A stretch of 64,000 bases of DNA from the NCBI GenBank assembly GCA_963848135.1, contig CAWKCK010000018.1, positions 76,938-140,937 on the forward strand. The letters are read 5' to 3'. Origin of the DNA: an uncultured delta proteobacterium (GTDB taxonomy: Bacteria > Desulfobacterota > Desulfobacteria > Desulfobacterales > SG8-13). Shown piece after piece: positions 27,720-37,034 of the stretch. The stretch's first letter is position 1. Each line of letters begins with the position of its first letter. The notes beneath the pieces were generated by a model. It was not told the DNA's origin. It saw nothing but the letters and a program-made list of their open reading frames with translations, and did not search any database. Position numbers and translations under genes: made by a program.

Positions 27720-28493
27720 TCAATCCTTCCAAATCTTCCAGGGCGCCTTGCCCGAATTCCAGTAACTTTCCAGGATATGTTTTTCCCTGAGAGTGTCCAT
27801 ACATTGCCAAAAAGATGTGTGCCTGTAAGCCATTAACTGCCCATCCCGTGCAAGGTTTTCAAGGGGTTCTTTTTCCCATTGGGTGGTATCACCGTCGATG
27901 TATTCGAACACGCCCGGTTCGAGTATGAAGAAGGCACCGTTTATCCACCCTTCCCCTGTTTGTGGTTTTTCTGAGAATTCGGCGATGCGATCACCGTCGA
28001 GTTCGAGGTGACCGTACCTGGCCGGCGGGCGCACGGCCGTCAGGGTGGCCAGTTTTCCGTGGGATCGGTGAAACGCGATGAGTTTGTCCAGGTTGATGTC
28101 GGCAACACCGTCCCCCCAGGTGAGCAGGAACGTTTCGTTGCCGATATACGATGCCAATCTTTTGATGCGTCCGCCGGTCTGGGTTTTCATTCCCGTATCG
28201 ATCAACTGGACGGTCCAATCCATATCGTTTCCTTCGTGCCGGACGATTTGGCCATTTTTCAGGTTAACCGTCAGGTTACTGGTCAGGGCGCAGCAATCAA
28301 CCATGTACTTTTTGATGTACTCACCTTTGTATCCTAGGGCAACGACGAAATCTTTGAAACCGTAATGGGCGTATATCTTCATGATGTGCCACAGGATAGG
28401 TTTGCTTCCGATTTCGACCATCGGTTTGGGTCGAATCTCAGTCTCCTCTGCCAGCCTTGTGCCGAGGCCGCCCGCCAATATAGCCACTTTCAT
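27720..28493 (-). CDS. rfbF: Glucose-1-phosphate cytidylyltransferase
   Basis: LAGGLGTRLAEET..PKPMVEIG, TGGRIKR, FWQCMDTLR. Confidence 0.93.
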   Translation of the reverse strand: MKVAILAGGLGTRLAEETEIRPKPMVEIGSKPILWHIMKIYAHYGFKDFVVALGYKGEYIKKYMVDCCALTSNLTVNLKNGQIVRHEGNDMDWTVQLIDTGMKTQTGGRIKRLASYIGNETFLLTWGDGVADINLDKLIAFHRSHGKLATLTAVRPPARYGHLELDGDRIAEFSEKPQTGEGWINGAFFILEPGVFEYIDGDTTQWEKEPLENLARDGQLMAYRHTSFWQCMDTLREKHILESYWNSGKAPWKIWKD

Positions 28494-28742
28494 GTGTGTA
28501 CTCCTGCACTGTTTACATTCTCGACGGAATGATTTCAGGCGTCATCCGAGTCAATTTTACGCAGTGAACTCGTGGGATTGGATCATCCCTTTATGGATGG
28601 GCCCTAAATAACAAATTCCTCGGCTATTGTAAAAAAGAATTGCCGAAGTTGACATTGACAGGTGTATTTGGCATTTTTTATTATTTGTGGTGGTCCAAAC
28701 CCATGGATGGCCACGATAAGAACAGACGGATAGACAGGTGCA

Positions 28743-29669
28743 ATGAACCCAAAAACAACCCCGAACGCAAACCATTTCAATAGCGGACATAACCGCCCCC
28801 GCATAAGCTTTGCCATCCCGGTGCGTAACGGTGAACGCTTTATCGGCCGGGCTATCGACTCATTGCTTGCTCAGGACTTCGACGACCTCGAGGTCGTCAT
28901 ATGCGACAATGCCTCGACAGACGGAACCGGAGAGATCGTGCGTCGCTACATCGAACGCGACCTGCGTGTCCGTTACACCCGCAACGTCGAGGACATTGGA
29001 CAGATTGAAAATTTCAACCGCGTCTTCGCACTCTCCCAGGGAGACTATTTTCGCTGGATGGGAGCTGACGACTGGCTCGAACCCGCATACGCCCGCAAAT
29101 GCGTGGCAGCCCTGGATGCCCGACCAGATGCCGTGGGTGTCACCACCCAATGGCGGTTTATGGACGATGAAGGCAATATCGATAGTATCGATGTCCCTGG
29201 ACCGCGTGTCGATGCTCCGACCCCTTTTCAGCGGCTCTGCCGCGCATTGCTGCTGCTGCAAACCCCACCGGCACTTCTTTTCGATCCCATCTACAGCCTG
29301 ATCCGTCGCGATGCGCTGCGGCAGACAGACATGCTCCCCATCAATGCCTGGACCGACCGCCTTTTGGCTGTCGAATTATGCCTCTTGGGGCCATTTTGTC
29401 ATTTGGAAGACTGCCTCTCCACGCGGCGTGCTTCTTTCGAACGCTGGAAGGTGCGTTTGCCCCGTTACAGCGATCGCTTAAAGGAAAAGCGGGGACACCG
29501 CGTAATGCTTTATGCCGGCTACGCGGCTATCGTCCACCGCACCCCGCTCGACAGCTGGCAAAAAATGAGTTGCTGGTTCGCGATCCTGTATTACTGGCTG
29601 CGAGAGGACATCCGACGCCGCGTGAAGCGGATCGTTAAAAGGTTTAAACGACGCCAACAGCACAATTAG
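28743..29669 (+). CDS. Glycosyltransferase family 2
   Basis: IPVRNGE, CDNASTDGT, WMGADD. Confidence 0.9.
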   Translation: MNPKTTPNANHFNSGHNRPRISFAIPVRNGERFIGRAIDSLLAQDFDDLEVVICDNASTDGTGEIVRRYIERDLRVRYTRNVEDIGQIENFNRVFALSQGDYFRWMGADDWLEPAYARKCVAALDARPDAVGVTTQWRFMDDEGNIDSIDVPGPRVDAPTPFQRLCRALLLLQTPPALLFDPIYSLIRRDALRQTDMLPINAWTDRLLAVELCLLGPFCHLEDCLSTRRASFERWKVRLPRYSDRLKEKRGHRVMLYAGYAAIVHRTPLDSWQKMSCWFAILYYWLREDIRRRVKRIVKRFKRRQQHN

Positions 29670-29766
29670 ATCATACTCCTTGCGTACAACCAAGAAAGAA
29701 CGCGTCACCCCCTTCCCCGGCGTCTATCAACAAGGAAGTATCACCGGTCCAGGCGGCTCCGTGCGG

Positions 29767-29795
29767 TTGCAAATTCAATGGGATATGATTATACT
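29767..29795 (+). promoter_or_regulatory. Sigma70 promoter for ClpX-like gene
   Basis: TTGCAA-N17-TATACT ending 9 nt before ATG 29805. Confidence 0.6.
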
Positions 29796-29804
29796 CCCTC
29801 CATA

Positions 29805-31553
29805 ATGAAACCGCAGAATGAAAAAATACCCGATCCAAAAGAAATTGAAAAGGAAATCAGCGAGTTTCTCAGCAAGAAATTCAAAGATAATGTTAAAATC
29901 ATCTCACCGGTAGTCATGAACCAGGAAGTGGCGCTGGACCAAACAGAAGCCAAGTCCAGCCACGGGAAAAACATTAACTTTGATCTTTTGCCCGAGGACC
30001 TTATTGCCTACCTGGATCAATATATCGTCAAACAGGATCAGGCCAAGGCGATTCTGGCGACCAAAATCTGCACTCATTTCAATCGGGTCAAAAAATCCCA
30101 GAGCCATAGCGGCATGGTCTCCAAAATGGTGGGCAGTATCAAGAACAACGTTTTGATGCTCGGCCCCACAGGTGTGGGAAAAACATATATTATCAAGCTT
30201 ATCGCCAGTAAAATCGGCGTCCCATTCGTCAAAGGAGATGCGACCAAATTCAGTGAAACCGGTTATGTCGGTGGCGATGTTGAAGATTTGGTGCGTGATC
30301 TGGTGCGTGAAGCTGACGACGACATCGAATTGGCCCAGTATGGAATAATATACATAGATGAAATCGATAAAATCGCAGGCAGCCGCACGCACCTCGGGGC
30401 AGACGTGTCGCGTGCTGGTGTGCAACGGGGGTTGCTAAAACCGATGGAAGATACCGAGGTCGATCTGAAGGTTTCGCACGACCCGATATCGATGATTCAG
30501 GAAATAGAAAGTTACCGCAAAACAGGCAAAAGGAGCAAGCGCTGCATCAACACCAGAAATATTCTGTTCATCATGAGCGGCGCTTTCGCCGATCTACCGG
30601 AAATCATCGGTAAGCGGCTCAACGAAAAGGGTATCGGATTCGGTGCCCCTGTCAAAAATACTCGGGAAAATACCGATATCCTTCTAAAAATGCGCTCCGA
30701 AGATCTCATCTCTTATGGATTCGAGTCGGAATTCGTTGGGCGCCTGCCAGTCCGTGCCATTTTCGAACATTTGACCGAATCGGATCTATTCGATATCCTA
30801 CAGAACCCGAACAATCCGATAATCCTGGGAAAGAAACTCGATTTCGCCGCCTACGGTATAAATATCAAATTCGATGAAGCGGCCTTGAGAATGATGGCCC
30901 AATTGGCCTTCGACGAAAATACCGGTGCCCGGGGATTGGTCAGTGCTGTGGAAAAGTCTTTGTTGCCGTTCGAGCGGAAACTGCCGTCAATCGGGATCAA
31001 ACTGTTTCCGGTGACCACAAACACACTTCGCCAACCAGATGCGGTACTGGCTGAGATGATCGCAGCACCGCACAGTGAGACGCTTCGCCGATTATTTAAA
31101 GAATTGAGCGAAAAAGAACAGCTCTTTATCAAAGATTACCTGAAGACCAACGCGCGCAAGTTGGCTGAAAAATTTAGTTTAACGATGACCGAATCGCGAA
31201 TCGGCATTGTGGCCCTCTGCTACGCCAGTCACGTTTTGGATGTCGGTACGGCCATTCGACAAATACGGTCCTATTACCATGAAGTTAAAAAAACTGAATT
31301 GTACTTTTTCAAAAATCACGACATCAATATCGTCCTTGAAGAAGAAGCCATCGATTTTATCATTGAAAAGTTTGTAACTTCTGATATGCATTTGGATGAG
31401 TTTTACAAACAGTTGAACGATAATTTTGAACACGGCCTAAAATTGGTACGCGAAAAGACCGGTAAAAGTCGAATTTTCGTGACACGAGAGGCATTATTGG
31501 ATCCTGAAACCTTTATTCGCAGCATGCTCGCCAAGCAATTGGACCCATCCTGA
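29805..31553 (+). CDS. ClpX-like AAA+ ATPase lacking zinc finger, with long C-terminal extension
   Basis: GPTGVGKT, ETGYVG, IYIDEIDK, GIGF loop, TGARGL. Confidence 0.85.
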   Translation: MKPQNEKIPDPKEIEKEISEFLSKKFKDNVKIISPVVMNQEVALDQTEAKSSHGKNINFDLLPEDLIAYLDQYIVKQDQAKAILATKICTHFNRVKKSQSHSGMVSKMVGSIKNNVLMLGPTGVGKTYIIKLIASKIGVPFVKGDATKFSETGYVGGDVEDLVRDLVREADDDIELAQYGIIYIDEIDKIAGSRTHLGADVSRAGVQRGLLKPMEDTEVDLKVSHDPISMIQEIESYRKTGKRSKRCINTRNILFIMSGAFADLPEIIGKRLNEKGIGFGAPVKNTRENTDILLKMRSEDLISYGFESEFVGRLPVRAIFEHLTESDLFDILQNPNNPIILGKKLDFAAYGINIKFDEAALRMMAQLAFDENTGARGLVSAVEKSLLPFERKLPSIGIKLFPVTTNTLRQPDAVLAEMIAAPHSETLRRLFKELSEKEQLFIKDYLKTNARKLAEKFSLTMTESRIGIVALCYASHVLDVGTAIRQIRSYYHEVKKTELYFFKNHDINIVLEEEAIDFIIEKFVTSDMHLDEFYKQLNDNFEHGLKLVREKTGKSRIFVTREALLDPETFIRSMLAKQLDPS

Positions 31554-31602
31554 CGAACGGATACGGATACAAACCGCCGTGCGCCATGACCTTTCACTTC
31601 CA

Positions 31603-31630
31603 CCGCAAACAGTAAACCGTAAACCGTAAA
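31603..31630. repeat. Short 7-bp tandem repeat (CCGTAAA x4, degenerate)
   Basis: ccgcaaa cagtaaa ccgtaaa ccgtaaa. Confidence 0.6.
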
Positions 31631-31649
31631 CACACCTGAATCGAATACT

Positions 31650-32861
31650 ATGATTGGAATATCTAAACTCTATTGTGGAACCGTTGAGCCATCGGATGCA
31701 TTACGATACGGCAGACATTCTTCCCAACTCCCGTCGCATCTGCTGCAGTTCTCGGAGGATAAACGACCGGTAGTGGTCTGGAACGTCACCAGGCGGTGCA
31801 ATCTCAAGTGCGTGCACTGTTACGCCCACGCCACGGATCAACATTATTCTAACGAGATGACGACCCAACAAGGCCTCGAACTTATTGACGATCTTGCGGA
31901 TTTCGGGGTCCCGGTGATTCTTTTTTCGGGAGGTGAGCCTTTGGTTCGCAAAGATCTGCCTGAACTTGCAGATTATGCTGTCAAAAAAGGCATGCGAGCT
32001 GTCATCTCAACCAACGGCACTCTCATTACCGCTCAAATGGCCCGGACTCTTAAAGACATCGGACTCTCTTACGTCGGGATCAGTCTGGATGGTATGGAAG
32101 AAATCAATGACAGATTCCGCGGTGTCAAAGGAGCATTCAACTCGGCTCTAATCGGTATTCAAAATTGCCAGGCAGTGGGTATCAAAGTGGGATTGCGCTT
32201 TACCGTTAACAAATTCAATGTAAATGAAATCCCGAGGATATTCGACTTGTTGGAGGAAATGGATATCCCCCGCGTCTGTTTCTACCATTTGGTTTACGCC
32301 GGCCGCGGATCCAAGCTGGTGGAGGATGACCTTTCACACGCAGAAACACGCCGAGCTGTGGATTTGATCATCGATCGAACCCGGGATCTGCATGACCGCG
32401 GCAAGCCTAAAGAAGTTTTGACAGTGGACAATCATGCTGACGGCCCCTACCTCTATTTGAGGCTTCTAAATGAGGATCCCGAACGGGCTAATGAAGTTCT
32501 GCAATTGCTCAAGATGAACGAGGGCAACAATTCCGGTCGGGGTATCGGTTGCGTCAGCTGGAACGGTGATGTCCATGCTGATCAGTTCTGGCGACACCAC
32601 AGTTTCGGGAACGTCACCGAAAAACCATTTTCTGAAATCTGGACGGATACGTCCGACACGCTCCTGCAGAAACTCAAAAAAAAGAAAGACCATGTCAAAG
32701 GTCGCTGCTCCAGCTGCAGATGGTTGGACATATGCGCAGGAAACTTCAGAGTTCGAGCCGAAGCACTGACCGGCGATGTCTGGGCGCCGGATCCCGCATG
32801 CTACCTGACAGACGAAGAAATCACCGATGTCGCCGGCGCCGGACAGCACTGCGAGGGGTGA
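31650..32861 (+). CDS. ahbC: Radical SAM 12,18-didecarboxysiroheme deacetylase (Fe-coproporphyrin synthase)
   Basis: MIGISKLYCG, CNLKCVHC, SPASM cysteines; adjacent to hemB. Confidence 0.92.
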   Translation: MIGISKLYCGTVEPSDALRYGRHSSQLPSHLLQFSEDKRPVVVWNVTRRCNLKCVHCYAHATDQHYSNEMTTQQGLELIDDLADFGVPVILFSGGEPLVRKDLPELADYAVKKGMRAVISTNGTLITAQMARTLKDIGLSYVGISLDGMEEINDRFRGVKGAFNSALIGIQNCQAVGIKVGLRFTVNKFNVNEIPRIFDLLEEMDIPRVCFYHLVYAGRGSKLVEDDLSHAETRRAVDLIIDRTRDLHDRGKPKEVLTVDNHADGPYLYLRLLNEDPERANEVLQLLKMNEGNNSGRGIGCVSWNGDVHADQFWRHHSFGNVTEKPFSEIWTDTSDTLLQKLKKKKDHVKGRCSSCRWLDICAGNFRVRAEALTGDVWAPDPACYLTDEEITDVAGAGQHCEG

Positions 32862-32922
32862 AAATGGTTGAGTCCGTTAACTATTCAGCCAGTGGCGAGT
32901 TTTCACAGTGGGTCACCGTCGT

Positions 32923-32961
32923 TAACCGGCCAACGGGCCTTACGGCCCTAACCGGCCCAAC
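32923..32961. repeat. Degenerate 9-bp tandem repeat
   Basis: taaccggcc aacgggcct tacggccct aaccggccc aac. Confidence 0.5.
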
Positions 32962-32985
32962 TTAAAGAAGGAGCTCTGCGCCACA

Positions 32986-33960
32986 ATGCTATTCCCCGAT
33001 TACAGGCCACGACGGCTGCGGCAAAACAGCGCGTTTCGACGAATGATTCGTGAGACCCGGCTCGGCGTCGACGATTTCGTACTGCCTCTCTTCGCCATAA
33101 AGGGTAAAAACGTCCAGAACCCGATACCCTCTATGCCGGACCAGTATCAATTATCCATAGACCAGCTGGTAAATACAACCCGGAAGGCGGTAGACCTCGG
33201 CATTCCGGCTGTCATCCTGTTTGGTGTGCCCGACAAGAAAGACGCGCTCGGCACAAGTGCCTATGCCGCAAACGGTATCGTCCAGCAGGCGATCAAGGCG
33301 GTCAAAGACGCGTTGCCTGACCTGGCGGTCATCAGCGACGTCTGTCTCTGCCAGTATACCGATCATGGGCATTGCGGCGTGGTTGAAAAAGGGATTGTCG
33401 ACAACGATGCCACCCTTGATTTGCTGGCCCGCACCGCTCTTTCACATGCCGAAGCCGGGGCCGATATGGTGGCGCCATCCGATATGATGGACGGACGGGT
33501 GGCTGAAATCCGAGAGGCTCTGGATGAAAACGGTTTCAGTCACTTACCCATAATGTCCTATGCCGCAAAGTACTGTTCCGCATATTACGGTCCCTTTCGC
33601 GAGGCCGCCGATTCAGCCCCGAAATTTGGTGATCGCCGCACGTATCAAATGGATCCACCCAACGTCCTGGAAGCCATCCGTGAAGCAACCATGGATGTGG
33701 AGGAAGGCGCGGACATTATTATGGTCAAGCCGGCCCTCGCCTATCTGGATGTTATTTGCCGTGTCCGTGAGGAAATCGATTTGCCAATCGCAGCATACAA
33801 TGTCAGCGGTGAATACGCGATGATAAAGGCTGCCGCCCAAAAGGGCTGGCTGGACGGAGACAAAGTCATGCTGGAAACTTTGACGGCCATCAAACGGGCC
33901 GGAGCGGATTTGATTCTAACCTACTTTGCTATGGAAGCTGCGGGTCTGATTAGAGATTGA
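32986..33960 (+). CDS. hemB: Porphobilinogen synthase
   Basis: [36 protein letters not shown]. Confidence 0.97.
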   Translation: MLFPDYRPRRLRQNSAFRRMIRETRLGVDDFVLPLFAIKGKNVQNPIPSMPDQYQLSIDQLVNTTRKAVDLGIPAVILFGVPDKKDALGTSAYAANGIVQQAIKAVKDALPDLAVISDVCLCQYTDHGHCGVVEKGIVDNDATLDLLARTALSHAEAGADMVAPSDMMDGRVAEIREALDENGFSHLPIMSYAAKYCSAYYGPFREAADSAPKFGDRRTYQMDPPNVLEAIREATMDVEEGADIIMVKPALAYLDVICRVREEIDLPIAAYNVSGEYAMIKAAAQKGWLDGDKVMLETLTAIKRAGADLILTYFAMEAAGLIRD

Positions 33961-34088
33961 CCACACATAAACGATAACATGGTTTTAAGCGTAGCGCACA
34001 GCGGGGTTTTACTACGGGGTATATGGTCGTAAACCCTTCCCTGTAGACAACCAGCCGCGCTCTTAATATATTCAGTTATGGAGTTTTG

Positions 34089-35189
34089 ATGCATCCACAC
34101 TCAATAGACAAAAGCGATCGTGCGTCATCCAATCCAGAAGAGCCTAAACACCCTGCTCTGCGACTGGTTGCTTGGGAAACGACCCGGAACTGCAATCTCA
34201 ACTGCGTTCACTGCCGCGCAGCGGCCACTCGCGGCCCCTACAGTGGGGAGCTCGATACACCGGCAGCCCTTCGGCTACTGAATCAGATTGCCGAAGTCGG
34301 TAATCCCATCGTCATTTTGACCGGGGGAGAACCCCTGCTGCGTCCGGATATTTTCGCTCTTGCCGACCATGGAACCTCACTCGGTTTACGGATGGTCATG
34401 GCACCCAATGGCACCCTGATCACAGAAGCCATCGCTCACCAGATGGTAGAAGCCGGCATCAAGCGCATCAGCATCAGTCTGGATGGCGCCTCAGCGGAGC
34501 GCCATGACAAATTCAGGGGTGTTAAGGGGGCATATGAGGGGGCTTTGAAGGGCATATCCATGGCAAAAAAGGCTGGCCTTGAGTTCCAGATCAATACCAC
34601 CATCACGCGCACCAATCTGACGGAAATTCCCAAGATTCAGAAACTGGCGGTTGAACTCGGTGCCGTAGCACACCACATATTTCTTCTGGTTCCCACCGGT
34701 CGGGGCAAGTATATTGTCGACCAGGAAATCTCTGCCGAAGAATATGAGCAGACCCTCAACTGGTTCTACGATCAGCAAGGAAAAACGCCCTTGCAATTGA
34801 AGGCCACCTGTGCGCCCCATTACTATCGGATCTTGAGGCAAAGGGCCCGAGCGGAAGGCAAAACCGTCTCTCCCAAAACCCACGGGCTGGATGCGGTAAC
34901 CAGAGGTTGCCTGGGCGGTATCGGGTTCTGCTTCATCTCCCACCGTGGCATCGTCCAGCCCTGCGGTTTTTTAAATGTCAATTCCGGCGATGTCACTCAG
35001 ACTTCATTCGCCGACATCTGGCATCACTCGGAGACGTTTCAGTCCCTGCGACAATATAACGACCTGAAAGGTAAGTGCGGCGCCTGCGAATACAGGAAAT
35101 TCTGCGGTGGTTGCCGGGCGAGGGCTTACGAGGCCACCGGAGACATCCTGGCCCAGGAACCGCTGTGCAGCTATCAACCGGCGGGATAG
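34089..35189 (+). CDS. ahbD: Radical SAM AdoMet-dependent heme synthase
   Basis: AWETTRNCNLNCVHCRA, KATCAPHYYR, SPASM domain. Confidence 0.92.
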   Translation: MHPHSIDKSDRASSNPEEPKHPALRLVAWETTRNCNLNCVHCRAAATRGPYSGELDTPAALRLLNQIAEVGNPIVILTGGEPLLRPDIFALADHGTSLGLRMVMAPNGTLITEAIAHQMVEAGIKRISISLDGASAERHDKFRGVKGAYEGALKGISMAKKAGLEFQINTTITRTNLTEIPKIQKLAVELGAVAHHIFLLVPTGRGKYIVDQEISAEEYEQTLNWFYDQQGKTPLQLKATCAPHYYRILRQRARAEGKTVSPKTHGLDAVTRGCLGGIGFCFISHRGIVQPCGFLNVNSGDVTQTSFADIWHHSETFQSLRQYNDLKGKCGACEYRKFCGGCRARAYEATGDILAQEPLCSYQPAG

Positions 35190-35412
35190 AATCAAACCAT
35201 AAGCGAATATTTCACCAAACGCTGAATATCATCGCATAGGCATTTTGAGGTCAAGCGGGCGCGATCGCTACGGACCAGTCACATGCACTTGCCGCCCCTG
35301 AAACAAGTCGTCGAAACAGGTCCATAGCAGCCTACGTAAGGCTTGAACGGTGAAACCTTCTCCCATCACTTTTATTCAATTAGCCATTTCCAATTTAAAC
35401 AAGGAGGGACCG

Positions 35413-36018
35413 ATGAAGGTCAGGGATCTGATGATTCCGGAACCCATTACCATCACCGCGAGTGCATCCATTACCGACGCTCTTGAATTGATGAAACATA
35501 ACGCCATCCGACATCTGCCTGTGGTTACCTCCAAAAATGTGCTGCGTGGATTTCTGACCTTGGCCGATTTAAAGCAGGGTTTGATTCCCTCGATGGTGGC
35601 GGATGTTTCTCTGACCGATCTGATGATCAGTGATCCGATTACGGTAAGCCCGGACGAAGACATTGAGATGGCCGCCCAACTGATCTACAAACACAAAATT
35701 GGCGGCATTCCGGTAATTGATGGGCGTAAACTGGTCGGTATCATCACCGAATCGGACATCCTGAGGGCATTCATCGATATGATGGGTATACTGACCGGAA
35801 GCTCGCGAATCGATGTGGTAATGAAAAATGAACCGGGGGCGTTGAAAGAAGCCATTCAGATTATCAATGACAGCGGCGGTGATATCATGAACGTGGGAAT
35901 TACCGCACAGCAGACCGGCAATAGAATTTACTACTTTCGTCTGGCGTCTTGCAAAACAGATCGTATCAAAAAAGCCCTCGAAACCGCTGGGTTCGATGTG
36001 TTTTATGCGATGGACTGA
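35413..36018 (+). CDS. CBS-pair plus ACT domain protein (AcuB-like)
   Basis: IRHLPVV, VGIITESD, C-terminal ACT; AAGGAGG RBS. Confidence 0.88.
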   Translation: MKVRDLMIPEPITITASASITDALELMKHNAIRHLPVVTSKNVLRGFLTLADLKQGLIPSMVADVSLTDLMISDPITVSPDEDIEMAAQLIYKHKIGGIPVIDGRKLVGIITESDILRAFIDMMGILTGSSRIDVVMKNEPGALKEAIQIINDSGGDIMNVGITAQQTGNRIYYFRLASCKTDRIKKALETAGFDVFYAMD

Positions 36019-36038
36019 CAGCGGACAATCTTGCACAA

Positions 36039-37010
36039 TCAGCTGAGACGTTTTTGGATATAGAAGGATCCGGGTTCGTGTTCAGGCAACAAATAAGGAC
36101 AGGCGGCCTTGAGGGTCGAATAATGATTGTGGTGCAGCCAATTAAGTGCGCCAATGATCTTCCAATCAGGGTTGTCCGTTAAAAAAGCTTCCAAAAGATA
36201 CTGCTCGTTCCAGAATATAACTTCATCCTTGATCCATACCGCCGGGTAGTCTCTGGGTGAAAATACATCATGTATGTGGACCACGATACCACTACCCAGA
36301 GACGGAAGCAGCTGCAGGTACACAAACAATACATCACCCTGGGGTTTTATGATGTGGGATGAATCGATAAAAAGAATGTCATTGGCTCCCAACTCCTGAA
36401 AAAACGCTACCCCAAGGTCTTCCACCCGGCTACGGACGATTTCGACATCCAAATTATCGAGCCAAGGATTCTCGAAAGGCTCGACACATAAATGTTTGCA
36501 GTGATAATTTCTATCTTCCGCCTTGTTCTTTTCTATCGCCCGCACCGCCATGAGCGTCGAGTATCCGCTTCCCACCTCAAAAATACGCTCGGGTTTTTTC
36601 AATCGTATCAGGTTGTACCAGAATTCTGCATCACCAGACCCGAAAAAGCCATTATTTATAAAAAAAGAAGTCTTTGCCTCTTCCTTGTTCAGCGGTATGC
36701 CGGCCAATTCGTCTGCAAACACGAATGATTCCAGGATATGGAGTTGCTCTGGGGCGTTCCAATCAATTCCAGGGAGAGACCGCTCACCAAACAGATCGTC
36801 CTTTAGTTGCCGTGTATCAAACAATGGCTCGTAATACGTGTTTCTGACAGGGAACACGCCCACATTCAGAAGCGCCGCTTTACATTTGGGAAATCTCTGA
36901 ATGCCATTGCTGCGGATCCGCTTGAGCATATATCCGGCAGGATAGCACAAGATGGACAATAACAAATCGAACTTGGGCAACCATTTTCCTCGTTTTGTGA
37001 AGATCCGCAT
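36039..37010 (-). CDS. Class I SAM-dependent methyltransferase (Methyltransf_24-like)
   Basis: EVGSGYST, LFIDSSH, HIHDVF, WNEQYLL. Confidence 0.82.
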   Translation of the reverse strand: MRIFTKRGKWLPKFDLLLSILCYPAGYMLKRIRSNGIQRFPKCKAALLNVGVFPVRNTYYEPLFDTRQLKDDLFGERSLPGIDWNAPEQLHILESFVFADELAGIPLNKEEAKTSFFINNGFFGSGDAEFWYNLIRLKKPERIFEVGSGYSTLMAVRAIEKNKAEDRNYHCKHLCVEPFENPWLDNLDVEIVRSRVEDLGVAFFQELGANDILFIDSSHIIKPQGDVLFVYLQLLPSLGSGIVVHIHDVFSPRDYPAVWIKDEVIFWNEQYLLEAFLTDNPDWKIIGALNWLHHNHYSTLKAACPYLLPEHEPGSFYIQKRLS

Positions 37011-37034
37011 CGTCTCTTAACTTATCATTCTGAT

